20,000 nt of DNA from an uncultured virus (IMG/VR IMGVR_UViG_3300033144_007571) (Duplodnaviria > Heunggongvirae > Uroviricota > Caudoviricetes): the IMG/VR virus record IMGVR_UViG_3300033144_007571, one strand, 5' to 3'. The notes below the pieces were generated by a model. That model was not told where the DNA came from, did not search any database, and saw only the letters and a list, made by a program, of their open reading frames with translations. Position numbers and translations under genes: made by a program. Positions 16,219 to 20,000 of the stretch are shown here, piece by piece. Numbering within the stretch: the first letter of the stretch is position 1; the number at the start of each line of letters is the position of its first letter.

Positions 16219-16485
16219 ATGGCGAAAATTCAAGAAGGAGATTATGTTCTTTATCATTCATTAGCAGAAAAAAATAAAGAGAAATCATATCCTCAAATTG
16301 TAATGACTATAATAAAAGTATGTAAGGTTAATGATTTTGCAGTCGAAGATAAAGATAGAAAAGTATATGAAAAATATAGGTGTAGTTGTATTTTTACAGA
16401 TGGAATCAAAAGTAAGATAGAAAATGATGACTATGATGAAGAAAGAGTTTTTAAAGAAGATTTGGAGGAACTAATAAATGACTGA
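16219..16485 (+). CDS. Hypothetical protein (88 aa; SH3-like N-terminus IQEGDYV)
   Basis: AAGGAG SD; operonic. Confidence 0.7.
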   Translation: MAKIQEGDYVLYHSLAEKNKEKSYPQIVMTIIKVCKVNDFAVEDKDRKVYEKYRCSCIFTDGIKSKIENDDYDEERVFKEDLEELIND

Positions 16486-16741
16486 AAAGAAAAAAACACA
16501 AACACCAAAGAAAGTAGAAACACCAAAAGTAAATCCTGAACCAAATAGTGCTGCACCCAAACAGCCACCCAAGATAACTATTCAGGACGTAATTAATAAT
16601 TATCCACCTGATAGAGAAAAAGTTAGAGATCAATTACTACTTGCAATTTCTAATGATCTAACTAAAATTGCTACAACATTGGATTGGTTTGCCAGAAGAA
16701 AACAAGAGGAAATTGACCGAACAATTAAATTAAAAGATTAG
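16478..16741 (+). CDS. Hypothetical protein (87 aa, Pro/Lys-rich N-terminus)
   Basis: GGAGG SD; overlap with the upstream gene. Confidence 0.7.
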   Translation: MTEKKKTQTPKKVETPKVNPEPNSAAPKQPPKITIQDVINNYPPDREKVRDQLLLAISNDLTKIATTLDWFARRKQEEIDRTIKLKD

Positions 16742-16742
16742 G

Positions 16743-16946
16743 ATGTATCGTAAAACTCTTTACAGACTTGATACTAAATATGGCTGTGGGGGGGTCGTGG
16801 TTAGTCAGGGAGGGTTGATAGTTGAAACATGTCCCCTATATAGGTGGATGATAGGAAAACCATTCAGGACTGTTCTACCCTCGTTAAAGAGGTCAAAAAA
16901 ATTATATGGATGTGACAAAATATTAAATGAGTATGAACCATTTTAA
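16743..16946 (+). CDS. Hypothetical phage-type protein (67 aa)
   Basis: YGCGGVVV...TCPLYRWMIGK motif; operonic. Confidence 0.65.
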   Translation: MYRKTLYRLDTKYGCGGVVVSQGGLIVETCPLYRWMIGKPFRTVLPSLKRSKKLYGCDKILNEYEPF

Positions 16947-16958
16947 GGAGATACAATT

Positions 16959-17087
16959 ATGGCTTGTTGTAATAAGAAAGTAAAAATACTAAAAATCCAG
17001 AGAAGAAGAATTTTAGCACAAAGAAAAATGGAAAAATTAAGACTGAAAAGACTTCAAAAAAAACAGGAAAAAAATAATGATAATTAG
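16959..17087 (+). CDS. Small highly basic protein (42 aa, MACCNKKVKILKIQRRR...)
   Basis: AAGGAG SD; manually translated; overlaps the next start. Confidence 0.6.
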   Translation: MACCNKKVKILKIQRRRILAQRKMEKLRLKRLQKKQEKNNDN

Positions 17088-17304
17088 AAATGCAGCACAG
17101 TGTAGACAGTGTGGAGATATAATAGAATCTACATATCGTCACGACTTTGTATTTTGTATATGCAGATCTATTTATGTGGATGGTGGTAAAGATTATTTGC
17201 GAAGGGGTGGGGTTCTTGAAGATTTAATTGAACTATCAGAAGTTATAGATGAAATATCAGATATTATTGCAGAATATAAAGAGTCTGAGATAGGGACAGA
17301 TTAA
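17077..17304 (+). CDS. Conserved phage zinc-binding hypothetical protein
   Basis: RNAAQCRQCGDIIES..RHDFVFCICRSIYVDGG..YLRR, a motif familiar from phage proteins. Confidence 0.75.
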   Translation: MIIRNAAQCRQCGDIIESTYRHDFVFCICRSIYVDGGKDYLRRGGVLEDLIELSEVIDEISDIIAEYKESEIGTD

Positions 17305-17305
17305 G

Positions 17306-17340
17306 AGAGGTATGACCCTCTATGTGAGGATCATACCTCT
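17306..17340. terminator. Strong hairpin between convergent transcription units
   Basis: AGAGGTATGA-C-CCTC-tatgt-GAGG-A-TCATACCTCT: 14 bp with one mismatch, followed by ATTTT. Confidence 0.75.
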
Positions 17341-17349
17341 ATTTTACGT

Positions 17350-17427
17350 TGGAGGCGATGGTAGGATTTGAACCTACGCATAATGGTTTTGCAGACCACC
17401 CCTTTTTGACCACTCAGGCACATCGCC
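17350..17427 (-). tRNA. tRNA-Cys (GCA)
   Basis: GGCGATG/CATCGCC acceptor, anticodon loop CTGCAAA, T arm GTAGG-TTCAAAT-CCTAC, U73 and encoded CCA. Confidence 0.95.
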
Positions 17428-17436
17428 TTTAAATTT

Positions 17437-17775
17437 TTAATGTTGTAGATTTTTGTCCTCATTTAAAACTATTTTTCCTTTAATATGTTTTGTTTTAGAT
17501 GGTGACAACACTTCTATATTTAGTATAGACTTCTCTCCTTGTTGTTCTAATATTTCTGTAAATTTTGTTAGTTCTGTACTTGCAGATAATAGAATATGAG
17601 GATCTTTCATTCCCTCTAGATTAATTAAGTTAAATAAACAAAGAATTAATCCAGAAGCTTTTTCAGTTACTTCGTCTTCTGTATCATCTTCTTTTGATAC
17701 TTTAAACAATTCGTGAATTGCTTGCTTAATATAATCTATACCATTTTTGAAATGGTTTTCGGAATTTTCAACCAT
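17437..17775 (-). CDS. Hypothetical protein, paralogue A
   Basis: AAGGAG SD; shares motifs with 17789-18085. Confidence 0.75.
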   Translation of the reverse strand: MVENSENHFKNGIDYIKQAIHELFKVSKEDDTEDEVTEKASGLILCLFNLINLEGMKDPHILLSASTELTKFTEILEQQGEKSILNIEVLSPSKTKHIKGKIVLNEDKNLQH

Positions 17776-17788
17776 ATATATTCTCCTT

Positions 17789-18085
17789 TTAATGAACTTG
17801 CCTTCCTCCCTCTTGCCGTATTAATCCTGGTCTGGATTTTACTACCGACATTTCCTCTTGTTTTTGCTTTTCTGCTACAATAAAATCTAGATTGTTAGAT
17901 AACTGACCAAGAAGTTTACAGTCACTCATTTTTGACAATACAGTCAAATGACTTAAGCATAATTCCAATCCTGCTGCTCTAAATCTTTCAGAAGCTGGAG
18001 TTGTCTTATCAACCTTTATTAATTTTAATTCATGTATAGCATTGTTAATATATATCATAACTTTTTTAAACTTTTTTTCATCCAT
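17789..18085 (-). CDS. Hypothetical protein, paralogue B
   Basis: AAAGGA SD; shares motifs with 17437-17775. Confidence 0.75.
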   Translation of the reverse strand: MDEKKFKKVMIYINNAIHELKLIKVDKTTPASERFRAAGLELCLSHLTVLSKMSDCKLLGQLSNNLDFIVAEKQKQEEMSVVKSRPGLIRQEGGRQVH

Positions 18086-18116
18086 ATCAACTTCCTTTCT
18101 CTTTGAGGTTAAAAGA

Positions 18117-18189
18117 TGGTGCCGGAATGAACTTTTCGGGAATAGGATTCGATGCTTTTAAGCTACTCCTATAATAAGAGCATTCCGAC
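18117..18189 (-). ncRNA. tRNA-sized non-canonical RNA with acceptor-like stem and ACCA end
   Basis: GTCGGAATG...CATTCCGGC-A-CCA, 73 nt, intergenic, with no canonical T or anticodon arm. Confidence 0.5.
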
Positions 18190-18196
18190 ACGCGGT

Positions 18197-18364
18197 TTAA
18201 CTTTTGCGAAGTTTTTGTCTGGCGATTCTTTTGGCTACTTTGGCAGCTTTTTTTTCTTTGTTTATTTCCCATCTTCTTTCCATATTATAACGAAGATGAG
18301 TAGGTTTTTTTTCGCTGCGGCCATGCTTTCTATCGCCACCAGATTTCCTGCTTGTTGTGCCCAT
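18197..18364 (-). CDS. Small highly basic protein (55 aa, MGTTSRKSGGDRKHGRSEKKPTHLRYNMERRWEINK...)
   Basis: AAAGGAG SD before ATG 18364; manually translated. Confidence 0.7.
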   Translation of the reverse strand: MGTTSRKSGGDRKHGRSEKKPTHLRYNMERRWEINKEKKAAKVAKRIARQKLRKS

Positions 18365-18462
18365 GGATTTTCTCCTTTTTTAGAATTTACTTACATCCAG
18401 GGTAATCTTCCGCAAGAATATTTTTTTTTGAACATGATTTATTTCTCCTTTTCTGATGATTT

Positions 18463-18615
18463 TTATTCTTTTCTAAAAAATTTCTCTGCTCCATTTTTTC
18501 CACACTTGGGACAAACCCAATCGGGGCCGAATAATTCATTAGAAACCTCAGATTCTTTGTCACATTTTTCACACCAAACATAAACTATTATGTCTGCTGT
18601 CTTTACTTTATTCAT
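18463..18615 (-). CDS. Small zinc-ribbon protein (50 aa)
   Basis: MNKVKTADIIVYVWCEKC...WVCPKCG with two CxxC motifs. ATG overlaps the end of the HD gene. Confidence 0.75.
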   Translation of the reverse strand: MNKVKTADIIVYVWCEKCDKESEVSNELFGPDWVCPKCGKNGAEKFFRKE

Positions 18616-19363
18616 CTTTCTTGTCCTTTTTAGCTTTTGAATCTTCTTTAGTTTTTGAATAGTCTACTCTTTTTTGATAGCTTCCTTCTAACTCTTTTGC
18701 TAAAGCTTCTTTTATGGTTTGTAGATCTCCAACTTTCATCTCATCAAGTTGCCCATCATTCATTAAATCACTAATTGTTTCTTCAATGACTATTAATGGA
18801 TCAAACTTTCCATGTTGATCATCAGATTTGGATCTTGATTCAATACAGTCACATATCATTAAGACCATTGATTCAATACATTTTGGTTTGGTTCCTTGAT
18901 ATCTAAATAGATCTTCATCTTCATCTTCAGTCTTATCAAAGAAGTTTTTCATTATATTTGTTCCATGATGTTGAGTGGCTATCTCAATTAGATCTTTTGG
19001 AAAATTTATATCGCTTAATAGAATATGTGCTGTGTGTGCAACATGACTACTGATTATGAGATAACTTATATAAGGATCTAAGTCGTCATGAGGATTTTCA
19101 TCTTCTAATTGATTTTCTGAATAATATTTTGGGCTTCTCATTTTTCCAATGTCATGATAATATGCAGCTACTTTCATTTTTGTTGAATCTAAACCAAGTA
19201 CTACACTCACTCCCTCAACAAAAGCACCAACTGTTTGAGAGTGTCTAGAAGTTCCTGGACACTTATCTTTAAACTCTTTCCAGAGAGGATATTTTGGTTC
19301 TAAAAGAAAAGCTAAGTCATGAACTTCTTTTTCGTTATTAGAATGACCGTTTTCTTCAGTCAT
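18608..19363 (-). CDS. Stand-alone HD-domain phosphohydrolase, PgpH/7TM-HD type
   Basis: PGT..HS, YYHDIGK, ENQ...NPHD, IISSHV, QHHGT, FRY.G.KP and LMICDCIE. No TM segments. AAGGAGG SD. Confidence 0.88.
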   Translation of the reverse strand: MTEENGHSNNEKEVHDLAFLLEPKYPLWKEFKDKCPGTSRHSQTVGAFVEGVSVVLGLDSTKMKVAAYYHDIGKMRSPKYYSENQLEDENPHDDLDPYISYLIISSHVAHTAHILLSDINFPKDLIEIATQHHGTNIMKNFFDKTEDEDEDLFRYQGTKPKCIESMVLMICDCIESRSKSDDQHGKFDPLIVIEETISDLMNDGQLDEMKVGDLQTIKEALAKELEGSYQKRVDYSKTKEDSKAKKDKKDE

Positions 19364-19387
19364 GTATGTCTGCCTCCTTGGTTATGA

Positions 19388-19888
19388 CTACTTTTTTTGA
19401 AACTGTTTACTTCTTGCTTCATATTTAGCTTTATTCTCCTTTATCCTTTCTTTGATCCATTCTTCTAACTCATAGAGACTATATCCTATTTCTCCACCTT
19501 TATCTAATATTTCAAGTAAATATTTCAAATGATCTGGATTTGTTTTTTGATATTTCCGGGTAAAAAACTCTCTTGAATCAGGTATGTGAGTATTAGTTTC
19601 TTCTTCATCAATTTTTACTCTTACTGCAATTCTAGCTACTATTAGTTCATCTGGTTCATAGGGATGCATAGGAGTTCTATGTCCTGCATTATACCACTCT
19701 GTAGAAAATTTTCTCACATAACCAGCGTTAATTGAAGAGTCGATTATCCAAAGGGAATCTCCATAAGTATTTAGTTCAATAGTAGTATCATTACTAATAG
19801 AATCTCTTGGGTTTGAACTACTTGTAAATCTTAGAAGCTTCTTTTCCTTTTTATGCCATAAACCATATTGTATTTCAAGACTTTCCAC
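19388..19888 (-). CDS. Hypothetical protein (166 aa)
   Basis: AAAGGAG SD and GTG start, directly downstream of tRNA-Arg. Confidence 0.75.
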   Translation of the reverse strand: MESLEIQYGLWHKKEKKLLRFTSSSNPRDSISNDTTIELNTYGDSLWIIDSSINAGYVRKFSTEWYNAGHRTPMHPYEPDELIVARIAVRVKIDEEETNTHIPDSREFFTRKYQKTNPDHLKYLLEILDKGGEIGYSLYELEEWIKERIKENKAKYEARSKQFQKK

Positions 19889-19907
19889 CAGTATTCTCCT
19901 TTTAAAA

Positions 19908-19986
19908 TGGAGCCCCTAGAGGGATTTGAACCCACGACCTCCTAGTTCGTAGCCAGGCGCTCTAATCCGGACTGAGCTATAAGGGC
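19908..19986 (-). tRNA. tRNA-Arg (ACG)
   Basis: GCCCTTA/TAGGGGC acceptor, D arm GCTC/GAGC, anticodon loop CTACGAA, TTCAAAT T loop and encoded CCA. Confidence 0.93.
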
Positions 19987-20000
19987 TTGTTTATTCTCAT

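Noticed and set aside
206..17142. Short antisense or alternate-frame ORFs (206-544, 4987-5187, 7014-7229, 7961-8251, 8425-8613, 10511-10702, 11194-11409, 11515-11718, 12031-12243, 12831-13034, 13122-13385, 14812-14994, 15119-15325, 15240-15524, 16451-16633, 16957-17142)
   Set aside because: They overlap well-supported genes, mostly show F/L/S/I-rich shadow composition, and lack an SD.
18044..18055. Partial match to the 14-mer promoter motif (TTAATATATAT)
   Set aside because: It lies inside a CDS, encoding IYIN, and is incomplete; likely chance in AT-rich DNA.
18087..18272. 61-aa minus-strand ORF from the track
   Set aside because: It overlaps out of frame a better-supported 55-aa gene (18197-18364, strong SD) and crosses the tRNA-like element.
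18387..18581. 64-aa minus-strand ORF and the 143-aa plus-strand ORF (18152-18583)
   Set aside because: An alternative frame (18463-18615) encodes a clear CxxC/CxxC zinc ribbon coupled to the HD gene. The plus-strand ORF is an antisense shadow.
1..20000. Stop-codon reassignment (alternative genetic code), as seen in some large phages
   Set aside because: Conserved proteins are full length in code 11, and TAA, TAG and TGA all terminate genes at operon junctions. The short QueC ends in TAA overlapping the next ATG.
1..20000. CRISPR array, transposase or integrase
   Set aside because: No regularly spaced repeats and no recognisable mobile-element genes.

Overview
AT-rich, densely packed window that most likely comes from a large (jumbo/huge) bacteriophage genome. 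The evidence is many short overlapping genes with bacterial Shine-Dalgarno motifs, dispersed CCA-encoded tRNAs (Cys-GCA, Arg-ACG), and typical large-phage cargo. No capsid or terminase hallmark lies in the window, so the viral origin is inferred. Layout: (1) 6-6208 (+) is a glycan/sulfur-modification cluster: DxD glycosyltransferase, two SAM methyltransferases, NDP-sugar epimerase, UDP-sulfoquinovose synthase SqdB, sulfotransferase, alpha/beta hydrolase and a lid-less APS kinase. (2) 6213-8877 (+) holds a membrane protein, P-loop protein, stand-alone LigD-type primase-polymerase and papain-like protease. (3) 8988-11732 has GC-richer minus-strand units, each preceded by an exact 14-mer (CTATATATATTAAT), interleaved with a GT-B glycosyltransferase. 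One unit is an unannotated ~300-nt multi-pseudoknot RNA candidate with group-I-intron-like elements. (4) 11812-17304 (+) is a nucleotide-metabolism module: Zn-site-less QueC, MazG, DUF1937, dCMP deaminase, SLOG, a GGQ release-factor-like protein, dATP/dGTP diphosphohydrolase and small hypotheticals. (5) 17350-19986 (-) is a tRNA region with a tRNA-sized CCA-ending non-canonical RNA, tandem paralogues and a stand-alone PgpH-type HD domain. All calls come from motif recognition and manual base-pairing; no searches were run.
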